Source: Squalus acanthias
Taxonomy: Eukaryota
DNA length: 64,000 nt
Assembly: GCA_030390025.1 (NCBI GenBank)
Contig: CM059425.1
Coordinates: 165,480,001-165,544,000 of the forward strand
Direction: 5' to 3'
The position numbers and the translations under genes are program-made. Shown here in pieces: positions 25,531 through 38,013 of this stretch. Position 1 is the stretch's first letter, and every line of letters starts with the position of its first letter. The notes under the pieces are model-generated. The model was not told where the DNA came from and made no database searches. It saw only the letters and a list, made by a program, of their open reading frames with translations.

Positions 25531-28500
25531 TCCCCTCCAAAATACTGTTTCGCCAGCATTGCACACATCCCGAGAACAAATAAACAAATACTGCAGCAGG
25601 TTAGCAGAGGAGTCACATGGGCGACTGTTAGTCCTACTCCATCGCTAACCTGCCAATGGGAGAAGAATCAAGCACCATCAATCCAAATTCAGCATAGTTA
25701 AAGCTGTAATTTTTGAAGAAATTCTTGCTGATCAGAACTAATTAAGAAGTTCTGAAAATATCAGAATGGTAAAGGAAAAAGATGCATTGACAAAGCAAAT
25801 ATAGAAAACACTTATCACTGCCTTGATTTTTGGGATTAATTTCAAAAAACTTATTGAATTGTTATGTCCAAATAGCAACTGTTTTGTTTTCAGAACTCAA
25901 TCAAATAAAAAAACTTCATACAAAGTTAATACGCATTTCTGTGCATTACTGTATATATGGACAGTGTTTTTAAATCTAGTGACTGTCAACTACCCATTAG
26001 TAACGTCAGTCACGGGGGCTACAACCTCCAAACCTCCAAACAATTTTCACTCTCCACGTGGTTAAGTAAGCAATTCTCACAGCTGAGGTTATTGAACTAA
26101 ACAGCAATAAATGAATACGTCCAGCTGAATCTGTCTGAGACTGCCAAACATGTGGGTCACTTGTGACCAACTTATGTGCAGCTGCAGGATGTAAACCATG
26201 TCTTCACAGATGAAATTGTATGAGGTAGACCAATCTACTGTCTAGACTATTGTTTTTGCACTTGAAAACACTGAAGTCAATGTCCATTAAGTAGATTAAG
26301 CAACCCTTAATGCCCCAGTCATACTGCACGTCTAGTGTTGATATGGCTTGACCTTTTGCACTGCACTGATGCCAAAAGTGCAGAATAATTTGGCATTGGT
26401 AGAGATGATTACCTTGCACCGCTAGTTCTGTGTATCAGATATAGTATAATTGCAGCATAAGACACAATGAAAACATAAAGGGAACATCAACTGCCTGTTA
26501 TACACCCTACTCCTTTCCATTGAAGTCAATATCTAATATCGCCCGTTTTACACCCCCGCTGAGGTTGCAAGTTCCTCCCAATGAGATCACGTCATTGGGT
26601 CAAGCTAAACTGTCGCCCAAAATGTTATTTGAACTTGTCAGTTTTTACCCCAGTTAAATCAGGGTGGGAAGTTAGCCTTTTAACATTGATAATTTAAAGT
26701 GTTTGTGACATTAAGTGATTTCTTTTGGATTGTCGAGATGTCTCTTCTGAATCGGCAAAGACTCAAGATTTCTTTCTGGAGCTGTGCCAGTTTTTCTCTT
26801 AGCATTTCCCTGTTCAGAGAATTCAACCAGCTCTGGATTCAGCTATAAAAAGAAAACTGCTTCATTTCTAAATTTGCTTCTGGGAATCTGGTGCAGACTT
26901 GCAGGTGAACAGCAGTATCTTTAATGTATTATTTACTGCACACTGCGGCTTGCCAGCTCTTATTCTCACAAGTTCAGCTCTTTGCGTGTAGAGCTACAGT
27001 AGCAGTTTTACAACTTTTCAACAAAAATAGACAGTCTCAGATCAGATTTTGTATAGCAGGCACATCAAAATCCAAATGTTTATGGTTTTTATCTTTTTTA
27101 AAAAGTTCACCTCCTTTTTTAAAGATTTAAACTGAAATGCAAACTTGATTAACCTTTATTTAACCTCATTCTCTACTTTTGCCAGGGCACTCTCCATCAA
27201 ATATTCCAATCCAGCCAACAGGGTAGGGCAAAGTTAGCTGTACATCAAAGTCAATTGGGCTCATTATGCCTGGCCTCAGAGTGGGATCAGTAGACTTGCT
27301 GCCTCATTAATGCCGATGCTCCAGCAGCTGTCATTTTGAAAGGGTCTTTCCCTCGGGCATCCAGAGCACCCGCCTTCGAGTGTTATTCTTCTTGATTATA
27401 CAAATCAGGGTCCTATGACATAGTCAGGACCCTGATTGCAATTTTAAGGAATACATGGGCAGAGCGTGCACAGTGCACATTCCACCTTGTATCCTGGTGT
27501 TGAGCGTCCTAAGCATTGGTTCCTGAAGGGACCCCTGCTGGCTGCTCCAAACATTCCCCCAAAACTTTTTCAATGTCATAAACCCAGTCTGGGCTGGGCA
27601 CCCCTCCACTTTGCCTCCCCACCTTCCAGGCCTACAATCAAACAATTCCGCAGGCCCAAAATCAGCTAGCTGCATCGGGATGCCCGTTTGGTACCCACAG
27701 CTCATGGGTTCCATTTAAATGAGACCCAGGCCTCAAAATGGCTCCAACCTCTTCCCATCAGAATGGGCAGTCAGTTGCCGTGCTCTGCTGGTCGGCCGGC
27801 CAAAAGTTAAAATCTACCCGTATTCCCTCCAGCTAAAAACACTAGAATATAAAAATGGTAAAATGAGCCTTGTGAAGTTATTTTCTACTGGACATGGATT
27901 TCTCACTTTAATTTGATTCTCTGTCCATCACACAGTCAAGAACTGATACAGGTCTCCTATTAAAGGCAACCTACTGTGCATTTCTAGTATTTTCTATTTT
28001 TATTGTATGATATTTTTGATGGGAGACATGTTTTCCTTTCCTGAACCAGCTCTTTAGGTTATGTCTTGCAGATTAATTTCTGTTTACCCAGCATTTAAAT
28101 ATTAGCTTTTCTAGCCGATTGCCATCTTTAAAGACATATAGATATTAAAAATGTTTTAATGGAATTCATGTACAATAAAGACATATTTCAGCATTCAACC
28201 ACCTCGGTCTGTTTGAATATAAATTTAGAAAAGGATTTCTCCTTTATTAAATTACCGATTTAGAAAAATGCTTAGAAGTAAATGTTACCAGTGAAAGAAA
28301 GTAATAAAGCTTTTTAATAAGTCAGTTACATGCATGATGCATTTCAGTTCCATCTCATTTCTAAAAGTGTTTGTAGTTGGTTTCGGTGACCTTTTACATC
28401 TTGCAGAATTAATGGAATGAGCTTTCAGTGTCACACCATTTTTGACTATTCATTTGAATTTCAAGAAATTGATCACTGAGAATTTTTATCCTGTGTGCTT

Positions 28501-28994
28501 GGTAGCATTCAATGCTTAAATATAGTTGGTCCCCCGGAAACTAATTAGATCAGTGTAATTGGAAAGAAACTTTGTTTCCATAAATGATATACAGGATATA
28601 ATCATTAATGATTGATATCATGTACATTTTCTTTTTTTATATTCACAAGGCTAACACATATTACCTAGTCTAGGAAGATAATCTAGCCTAATTAAGGTGA
28701 GTATTTCAGCAACAGAAACTCCCTCGGGTTTTTTAAAATACTGACAAATTCAGCACTTTGACCAAGAATAAAAATTCTTCAGTATAACTGAATTAATAAG
28801 TTATCTTCCAAGCATTAAATGCAGTGTTTTGAAGTCATCGATCTGCAAAGGCAGTTATTTGTACTTATGTAAATTTCACCTCCCGACCACAAATCCACAA
28901 GAAAAGAGGCAGCGAAAAATCATCAATATTTTCTATGGAGTAAGTTAGTTAATACCTTGTCTTACCTTTAAAGTAGAAAAACATGCCAATGCAG

Positions 28995-29302
28995 CTCACA
29001 AAGCTCTGAGGAAAGTGAACACTGAGCCGAATAAGGAGCGATTAAAGGGGGTGATCAAAGAGGTGTGTTTTAAGTAGGGCCTGAAAGGAGGAGAGGGGGA
29101 TAGAGTGGTAAAGGGGTTTAGAGGGGGAATTGCAGAGAGTAAGACCTGGAGCCACCAATGATAGGGTGGAGGGAGATGCACAAAGTGCTTGAGTCATAGA
29201 ATGGGAGGGGGTGGGGGGTGGGGAGGGTGCAGGAGAAGGTTATGGAGATAGAGAGGGGCAAGGCTATGGAGGGATTGAAATTCAAGTACAAGAATTTTAA
29301 AA
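28995..29302 (-). mobile_element. L2-type LINE 3' fragment
   Basis: Minus strand reads FKILVLEFQSLHSLAPLYL, then a WNSLP-like region and FRPYLKH, typical of the L2 ORF2 C-terminus. Confidence 0.65.
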
Positions 29303-29584
29303 TCATGAGTTTCAGTTTAGTTGTAAATTTATGCATCCAAATAAGTATAACAACCCTAACCTCATTGATTAGATCAGTTGAACTGCTGTAGTACAGATTA
29401 AATGCAGATGGAGGGATCCTGATGTAATGTCCTAAATACAATGAAAGGAAGAGAAGCAAAATGACACCTTAAGTAATACCTTAGATGAATTGCAGCTGGA
29501 TAAGAACAGATGACATCTGAAATAATGTCGTAAATTAAATTGTGAGCAGGTCCACATTGTTACCAACAGTATTCAGGTACTCAA

Positions 29585-29735
29585 AAATAAATGATACATA
29601 CATGAGAGAGAAGAGAATTGAGGGATATGGGGGCTGGGAGTAGGAGGAGGCTCATGTGGAGAATAAGCACCAGCATAGACCAGTTGGGCCAAATGTCTTG
29701 TTTTTGTGTTATAGATTTTATGTAATTCTATGCAA
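29585..29735 (+). mobile_element. CR1 3'-end fragment
   Basis: GAGGGATATGG..GAGGAGGCTCATGTGGAG..GGGCCAAATG..TATGTAATTCTATG, like 8260-8400. Confidence 0.7.
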
Positions 29736-30190
29736 TTTTTAAACTTGTGTCTCCTGTTATTTGAACCTTCATCACAATGAACAATTTATCTAGGTCAATC
29801 TTTGTCCGTTGTCTTCATAATCTGGAAAACTTTCATTGGGGCATCTTGAAATCTTTACTTTTGCAAAGAAAGCTGTAACCTCTCTAAATTAAAATTCCAG
29901 ATAATTGAAATCAGAGACATAGGCCGCGATTTTATCAATGGTGGCGGGTTGGGTGCGGGTTTGAGGTTCGGCGGGTTCCGGTCCCGCCTCCGATTTCAGC
30001 CATCCAGAAAATCGATTTTCCCTTAAGTGGCCTACTTAATGTGTCCGTGCGCGCTACCCGGCCCAATTAGTGGTTTCGGTTCTGCTGCTCGCCTCTGCTG
30101 ACGTCTGTCAGCCAGTTGTATTTAAGGGGCCCATACAGCTTTGTTTCAAATCCTTCCTTTCCTGCTGCTTCTCGTTTTGAAATTGTTGCC

Positions 30191-32110
30191 ATGACTTCTG
30201 CAAGAGCTAAGGCCTCTCCCCGCTTTGATGATGACTCCCTCCATGCTCTTGTGGAGGGAGTGAGAGGGCGCCAGGAGGTACTCTTCCCATCATCTGGACG
30301 GGGGAAGCCTCCTCAGCAAAGCAAAGCAGCCTGGCTGCAAATTGCTGAGGAGGTGAGCTCCAGGTCTTTGTGCGCTCACTCCTGGGTCCAGTGCAGAAAA
30401 AGCTTTAATGACCTGGTACGCTCAGCAAAAGTGAGTATAACATCACCCTAACCTTCAATCTACTCCCCATCTCCTCTCAGCACCAGCACTCTGCATTGTC
30501 AACCTACTCCTGCACATCCCACTTTACCCTTACATCCCTTGCACCCTTAACCATCCCTCTCTCTCTATGTACAGAATCACTTCACTATTCTACTATGCAC
30601 CCCTCACACTCGCTATCACTGTTATGCAATGACAACATCTAACAACGCACAGGGAGGGCCCTTGGTATTGGCATCTCACTCCATCTTTGTCTCCCTCTAA
30701 GCATCTATGCTATGGATTCTCTACACTCACTCCAACATTCTCATTACAACTCCACTTGTGTCCCTCATTGCAGGAAAGGGAGCCCACAATAAGAGGGAGA
30801 GGGCCAGTACAGGAGGAGGGCTACCTCCCATTGCCCAGCTGGCCACTGCTGAGGAGGTTGCTCTGGAGATCATAGGAGGGGCTGAGGATCTGGAAGTGGG
30901 GGACGGTCAGATGGGCGTAGTAGAGCAAGCTGGTGACAGAATAGATTTGCAGCCCTCTCAGTTACATTGCATGAGTGACTGATATGGCATCTGATGCTCA
31001 TACAGATTGAGTTATGATCATCTGCACAATTCAATGTGCATGATAAGTTAATATCACATGTCTAACTCATGCCTTTACTCCCCCACAACACCATCGAGAG
31101 CCCCCCTCCCCACTGTCCAGGAGGAAGAGCCGAAAGACTCCTCAGAGCAAGATGCAACCTCGGAGGGCGCAGCGTCAGCAGAATTAAGTGCACCCAGCAC
31201 CAGCGCAGATACGCACACCTCGGTGCGTCCTTCGCGAGATACAGTAGTGTTGTCACCTGGTGTATCACAGTGCACAAGTGAGCATCAGCAAATGGTGGAG
31301 ACAGGGAGAGCTGTTGAGAGTCCTCGGCCTAGCTCTGCTCAGCTGCATGTGGACCCTGTGCCTCTGGGGCCATCCAGAAAGAGAGCAGTGCTGGAACTCC
31401 AGGAACAAGTGCAGGAGTCTCTGGCAGGTTTTTCATCCAGGGTAACTGCGAGTGCGGAGAGGATGGAGGAGTCCATCTCTAACATGAGCACTACCTTTGT
31501 GGAGGCAATGTCGCATGAACGCACCATCATGGATAGGATGGCAACCTCTGTGGAAAGGATGGCTATGGTCATCGAGGAAATAAGTCGCCAGAGTCAGGAA
31601 AACATGGTGAATGTTCAGAATAGAATGACATCTCTGGAGGAGCGATGGGCAGCTATTGAGCAGAGAGACCAGAGCTTCATGGACGTCCTTTTGAGGAGGA
31701 CTGCCAGTGCAGATATGGGTCCTCATGGCCCCACTGATGTGCAGCAAGGTGCTCTCCAGCTACTTGCTAGTACTAAAGTGTGGCTGACCCATGAGAGGGA
31801 TGTTGGTGGCAGGCAACAAGGAAGTGTGGGCTCCTCTCCAAGCGCTCACACGACCATGCCACTGCGGAGCCCTCAGTCAGAGCCTCACCAGAGTCCTCAC
31901 CCAACTGAGATGGCTGCCTCAACCCCTGCACAGCCACAGGAGGAGCAGACTGTTGCCGAGCCCTCCCAGGCTCGCAAACCCAGAGGATGACCGCCAAAGG
32001 TGTCGAAGCAGGAGCAGCATAAAAGTGAGCAAGGTGTCTCCACATCTGCTGAAGCCACAGGGGAAGCATCACGTAGAAGCACGTGTAAGAGAAAAATGAA
32101 GCACCTATAG
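30191..32110 (+). pseudogene. Myb/SANT-like accessory gene of element 3; exons ~30191-30430, 30774-30932, ~31088-32110
   Basis: MTSARAKASPRFDDDSLHALV..AWLQIAEEV..QCRKSFNDL then GTGAGT. Exon 2 KGAHNKRERASTGGG has a 1-nt frameshift; exon 3 is coiled-coil-like with a premature TGA at 31988. Confidence 0.85.
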
Positions 32111-32371
32111 TCACAAGGGTAGTCACTTGGGTGTTTTGATTTAATTCATCTTTAATATAATCATCGCCTTTTCAATGTCAATAAAGAAATGCAATGGCAA
32201 GCATTCAAAAAGTTGGTCTATGTGTGCCCAGAAATGGAAGTGTCACAGTGAGGTGCCAGGGCGCCTTTCATCTGTAATGATGGTGGTGAGAGTGATAGAA
32301 ACCCACACTTTATTGTACATTGTGTATGGTGTGTTAAGAAGGTGGCAGCCACATGTGTTTGCTTCGTCAAC

Positions 32372-33609
32372 TTAAGCAAATCTGGCATAGATTAATGCAT
32401 CCCTTGCATCACGGGCAGCAATGTGCTCGCGTGCTGGTGGAACTGGCGTATCCGCCTCCACATGGTCTTCCTCCTCCTCCTCCTCCTCCTGCTCATCCTC
32501 ATCCTCATCCTCATCCTCTGAGGAGGCTGTGCTTGTTCCTCAGGCAGCAGTAAGCCACACTGCTGTGTGATGTTGTGTAATGCACAGCAGACCATGATGA
32601 TTCTGGAGACCCTGGCTGGTGAGTACTGTAGGGCTCCACCTGATCTGTCGATGCATCTGATCCGCATTTTGAGCAAGCCGATGGTTTTCTCGATGATCGC
32701 TCTGGTGGAAATGTGGCTGGCATTGTAGCGTTCCTCAGCTTCGTTTGATGGCCTCCTTAACGGCGTCATTAGCCACGTCTTCAGGGGATAGCCCTTGTCT
32801 CCAAGTAGCCATCTGGAAAGTTGGGGTGGCGGATTGAAGAGTTGAGGCAAAGTAGACTGCCACAGAATGAACGAGTCATGGCAACTGCCAGGGTACTTTG
32901 CGCAAACATGCATAATGTTCTTCCTGTGGTTACACACCAGCTGGACGTTAAGGGAGTGGAATCCCTTGCGGTTGACAAAAACAGCTGGGTTGTGATGGGG
33001 TGCCCTAATGGCCACATGTGTACAGTCTACGACGCCCTGCACCCTTGGCAAGCCTGCCATATTTGCAAAGCCAACCGCACGCACGGTTATACTTGCTTCA
33101 TCCGTGGCGAAGTGGATGTAATTGTGCGCCTTTGCAAAGAGACCATCGGTTACCTGCGTGATGCAAGTGTGTGTGGCTGACTGGGTGATTCCGCTGATGT
33201 CTGCTGCTGATTCCTGGAAGGACCCTGAAGCAAAAAATTTGAGTGCGGTGATGACTATTACAGCCACTGGTAAGGGGTGTCCACCCGCTCCTCTGGGCTC
33301 CAGGTGTTGCTGCAGCATTGTGCAGATGTCAGCGACTACCTCTCGCGAAAGTCTCAGCCTCCTTTGGCACTGCTGCTCAGTCATGTTGAGGAAGCTCATC
33401 CTCGGCCTGTAAACCCTGTGTTGGGGGTATCTCCTGCGGCGAGGTGCAGCCCTGCGCTGACGCCCTCTGCCCTGTGCAGCATCAGGTGGGTGAGGAGAAG
33501 GTTGGCGCTCCTGTTGTTGCTGCTGCTGTTGTGCCCGGTTCTGCTGCTGCCACGGCTGCTCTTCCTCCAAATCTGAGGACCAGGATGACAAGGTATAAAT
33601 GGTTCCCAT
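32372..33609 (-). pseudogene. Harbinger transposase of element 3 (DDE core in frame; frameshift in the acidic tail)
   Basis: GVVDCTH, LGDKGY and IEKTIGLLK. The RMRMRM/poly-R tail is an out-of-frame read of an EDED/poly-E tract; the native end is [11 protein letters not shown] at 32372. Confidence 0.9.
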
Positions 33610-34314
33610 TCCGCTGGTATATATGTCAGTTGAGGACTAGAAGTTATAAGCGCTCAGTCAATGTGGCCAGCGGGTTTTCCCAGGAGGTCACAGTGCATTT
33701 GGATCTCAGCTTCAGCACGTACAAGATCAGTAGACCTGCAAAAAGTGTTCCAACTCCTGAAAAACAAAGTTCTTTCATCTGAAAGTCAGCCATGTTCGAG
33801 CTCCGTTTTTATGCTGGAGCTGCAGCTGTCAAGAAGTCAGGCACTTCCTGAACCCGGCACAATCAGCTGGCGCGGTTTGTGAAAGGCGTGGAACACGCTG
33901 AAAATGTAATAAAATTGAAATACCCTGTTAAAATCGGCTTATCCAGGCATTTATCAAACTGTTAACTGCCTTAAGTGCCTCTCCCGCCACTTGGTGGCGG
34001 GACCGATCGGAACTCCCAGAGTCGGCACTTGGCAAAGTAGCGTGGAGGCGGGTTGACGGTGGAATCGCAACCCACTGTCAATCAAAACAATTTTAACCTT
34101 TGACCCGCCTCCAAACCCGGCCTCTCAGTGCCGATAAAATCGCGGCCATAATCACATCAAAAGAGATGGCTGGGGAGGGGGCGCAGGGGTGGGGTGTGGC
34201 ACTGGGACCAATTCCAGGATTTGGAGTTGGGGGAAGAGGGAGAGAGATTTCTCCATACCAATAAAAAGTTTGGGGTCATCCCAACCATTCCTAGTGGTAG
34301 CTTTTGGAATGATC

Positions 34315-34430
34315 TCCTTGTCTGCCACTGTACCCGCTCAAAAGCAATAACATCCTTCCTATAATTAGTTGACCAGACCTGCATACAGTATTCCAGATGT
34401 GGTCTGACCAATGCCTCATATAGCAACAAT
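34315..34430 (-). mobile_element. CR1 internal fragment
   Basis: LYEALVRPHLEYCMQVWS..ERVQ. Confidence 0.75.
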
Positions 34431-34530
34431 ATTTATAGGTTCTGTAACTAAGTGCAATCTGCTACATTGATTTTCTACTACTGTTTATTTTTTTAATTTG
34501 AATAAACCTGATTTATAGTTTATAGCCTAA

Positions 34531-35380
34531 GGGGGAGAAATTCGGTATCGCCCCGTTTGGGGCGCAATTATCGGCCGTGTGCAAAGTTTAGCGCCTGGCG
34601 CTAATTATCGCCTCCAACTGCAAACTTGGCTTCTATCGCCCCTGGAGGTGATTGGAGCGCGAAATCAGGCGCTAAACACCTCTCTTAAGGCACTAACGCT
34701 GAGGAGCGAGGCGTTAACTCAGAGCGCTGGCGAAGCTCATGTGATGTCAGTCAGCAATGGAACACAGACACAATGGCGCCGGCCAGTTCTTAAAGGGGAG
34801 GGTCGGTCTTGCTCTCCATCCACATCCCGCTCATTGCAGCCTTGAATCTCGGCCTGGAGAGACCTGTACATCAAATCTGCTGGAAAGAACAATGGAGAGG
34901 CCCAGGGAAAGAGCTCAGAGTGCAGACCCCATAGTCTCTTCTAAATCGATGCAGGGAAGGTCAAATCAAAATGAACCTGCAAAGTGCTGCTCAGTACCCA
35001 AAACTCCTTCACACAGCGTTGAATCTCTCCAGAAGTCTCTCTCTCTCAGAATGCGTGGTGCAAAAATGTCGCTGACAAAAAAAGGCAAGAAGCGGTCGCC
35101 TTTAAATAGCGCTCCCCCAGTCCCTTCCCAACTGCAAAATGCTCCCCTCAACCTGTCGTTGCTAGTGGCAGGCGGTAAGGCAGGGGGTGCCACTCAATAT
35201 CCGGTCCTGGGCGACTGACGTCATGATCTGCGGGCACAGGAGGTCATGTTGGTAGTGTTTAGCGCCGCCGCAAAATGTCTGGTCAATTTCGCGAGCGGTG
35301 CAAACATCGCCGCGCCTGGGCGCTAGTTGCTTTGCGTGCCATTAGCAACGGGAGGCACAAAGCAACCAAATTTTCCCCCC
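34531..35380 (+). mobile_element. Non-autonomous Harbinger (850-bp deletion derivative of the element-2 family)
   Basis: TIRs GGGGGAGAAATT / AATTTTCCCCCC; TSD TAA/TAA. Left and right ~400 bp are homologous to the ends of 19653-23759. Confidence 0.92.
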
Positions 35381-36234
35381 TAAGGCTCTTATGATTTGTA
35401 CTTCATCTTTCTGTATAAATCAAGAGATTATTTCACTTGTTTACAGCAGCTAAGCATTGTGCTGATGATTTCATAGATTTACACATTATAACCCCCAGGG
35501 GGTTCAAATCACCCTTAGACCACTGACAGTTAATTTTTTCTCCCATACTGGTTTACTTAGAAGGGGTGATTCTATGATCTAGCACTCTAGTGGGGAACCA
35601 CGCTCAGAAGGTGTGTTGGTCCAAATCAGGGCTACAGTATTGTTGCCCTACCTCTGACCCGTTCTCCCAGTGAGTGTGGCTTCCCCTCTGGGAGTGTAGG
35701 ATTATGGAATTAGTATATCCTTGCAGCTCAGATGCATTAAGATAGGTTACAATGAATACACAACTGAGGAACAAATCCGAAAAAAAGCTGCTATAATGGT
35801 GCTGAATCACCAACTGACCCTTTCATAGGTATGTAAGCGCGATAAATAACAATCAATGGGGCTGATTTTAAGTGCCTTCTCCTGGCATAAATGGAGCAGT
35901 CGCAGCCTGAAAATGGGGTCGGGTCACTTACCACACCATTTACGCTGGAGCTCCGGCCGCTGCTATCTTGGGTAGGGTCCTGAGAAGGGTGGCTGGAGTG
36001 CATGCCTGTTTCAAGATTCACTGAGTCACTGATGAAATAGAAGGATGAACTTGTGAGCATAACAATTGCCTTATTGTGCAATATAATGCAAGCTGGTCTG
36101 GATAGAATTGCAGGTTCTACCAGCCAGTTAGGCAATACCATGAAGCAAAGGATATCCGCTCTGCAAAATGCCACTGAGTAGTGTACAGATTCAGTAACAT
36201 TTACAGGGGAGACATCAGGCACACAGACAGTGTA

Positions 36235-37850
36235 AAGAAAGACTTATATTTATATAGTAGAAACATAGAAACATAGAAAATAGGTACAGGAGTAGACCAT
36301 TCGGTCCTTCGAGCCTGCACCGCCATTCAATGCGTTCATGGCTGAACATGCGACCTCAGTACCCCATTCCTGCTTTCTCGCCATACCCCTTGATCCCCCT
36401 AGTTGTGAGTGTTATATCTAACTCCCTTTTGAATATATTTAGTGAACTGGCCTCAACAACCTTCTGTGGAAGAGAATTCCATAGATTCACCACTCTCTGG
36501 GTGAAGAAGTTCCTCCTCAGCTCAGTCTTAAATGGCTTCCCCTTAATCCTTAGACTGTGACCCCTGGTTCTAGTTTTCCCTAACATTGGGAACATTCTGC
36601 CTGCATCTAATTTGTCTAAACCAGTCAGGATTTTAAATGTCTCTATAAGATCCCCCCTCATTCTTCTGAACTCCAGAGGATACAAGTTCAGTTGACCCAA
36701 TCTTTCTTGATAGGTCAGTCCGGCCATCCCAGGAATCAATCTAGTGAACCTTCGCTGCACTCCCTCAATAGCAAGAATGTCCTTCCTTAAGTTAGGAGAC
36801 CAAAACTGCGCACAATACTCCAGGTGTGGCCTCACCAAGGCCCTGTACAACTGCAGCATCACCTCCCTACTCCTGTACTCAAATCCCCTTACTATGAAGG
36901 CCATCATTCCGTTTGCTTTCTTGACTGCCTGCTGCACTTGCATTCCCACCTTCAGTGACTGATGTACCATGACGCCCAGGTCTCGTTGCACCTCCCCTTT
37001 CCCTAATCTGCCACCATTCAGGTAATAGTCCGCCTCTCTATTTTTACCACCAAAGTGGATAACCTCACATTTATCCACATTGTACTTCATCTGCCATACA
37101 TTTGCCCATTCACCCAACCTGTCCAGGTCACTCTGTAGCCTCCTAGCATCCTCCTCATTGTTCACACTGCCTCCCAATTTAGTGTCATCCGCAAATTTGG
37201 AGATATTACATTTAATCCCTTCGTCCAAATCATTAATATATAATGTAAACAGCTGGGGTCCCAGCACCGAACCCTGCGGTACCCCGCTGGTCACTGCCTG
37301 CCATTCTGAAAAGTACCCATTTACTCCTACTCTTTGTTTCCTGTGTGCCAACCAGTCCTCAATCCACGTCAACACATTACCCCCAATCCCATGTGCTTTA
37401 ACTTTGCTCACCAATCTCTTGTGTGGGACCTTGTCGAAGGCCTTCTGAAAGTCCAAATACACCACATTTACTGGTTCCCCCCTGTCCACCCTATTGGAAA
37501 CATCCTCAAAAAATTCCAGAAGATTTGTCAAGCATGATTTCCCTTTCACAAATCCATGCTGACTTGGACCTATCATGTCGCCACTTTCCAAATGGTCTGT
37601 TATGACATCTTTAATAATTGCTTCCATCATTTTACCCATTTTATCATGGCTTATCATATCTTAGAAACATCATTTCACATACAATTAATTACTTTAAAAT
37701 GTAGTGTTACGTAGGTAAACAGAGCAACCATTTTGCATACAGAAAGATGCCACAAACAACATTGAGATGAATGATCAGTTAATCTGTTTTTGGTAGTGTA
37801 GGTTAAGGGAGTAATATTGGCCAGGACACTGGGAGAACTTCCTGTGAGCA
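36235..37850 (-). mobile_element. SacSINE1-type DeuSINE 3' half, split by CR1 36258-37640
   Basis: Tail AAGAAAGACTTATATTTATATAG at 36235, and 37640-37850 matching the reverse complement of 39120-39350. Confidence 0.7.
36258..37640 (-). mobile_element. CR1-type LINE, 5'-truncated, uninterrupted RT frame (ORF 36356-37657)
   Basis: SQHGF, LDFQKAFD, GVPQGSVLGP, FADD, RPHLEY and WNSLP motifs; (TAGAAACA)n tail. Confidence 0.95.
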
Positions 37851-38013
37851 CAGTTGGAGCATCTCTCAGGAATACTCCCACTGTGGAGGTTGATTTTGAG
37901 ATGTTTGGAAATACACCAGAACAGCCATTAAGGAAGGATTCAGACACTTCTCAATGGTGTCTTCACACAGAGATCAGTGATTAAAGCCACAACTCACCCT
38001 CCAGTGACATCTT

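Larger units (their letters stand above)
29922..34147. mobile_element. PIF/Harbinger DNA transposon 3 (full length, 4226 bp, different family)
   Basis: Perfect 15-bp TIR GGCCGCGATTTTATC / GATAAAATCGCGGCC; TSD ATA/ATA; convergent Myb-like and transposase genes. Confidence 0.95.

Noticed and set aside
28650..28697. AG...GTGAGT-bounded mini-exon
   Set aside because: Stops in all three frames and no supporting neighbouring exons.
32392..32520. Arg/Met-rich C-terminus of transposase 3 as a novel domain
   Set aside because: Frameshifted reading of the acidic (GAG/GAT) tract present in the other transposases.
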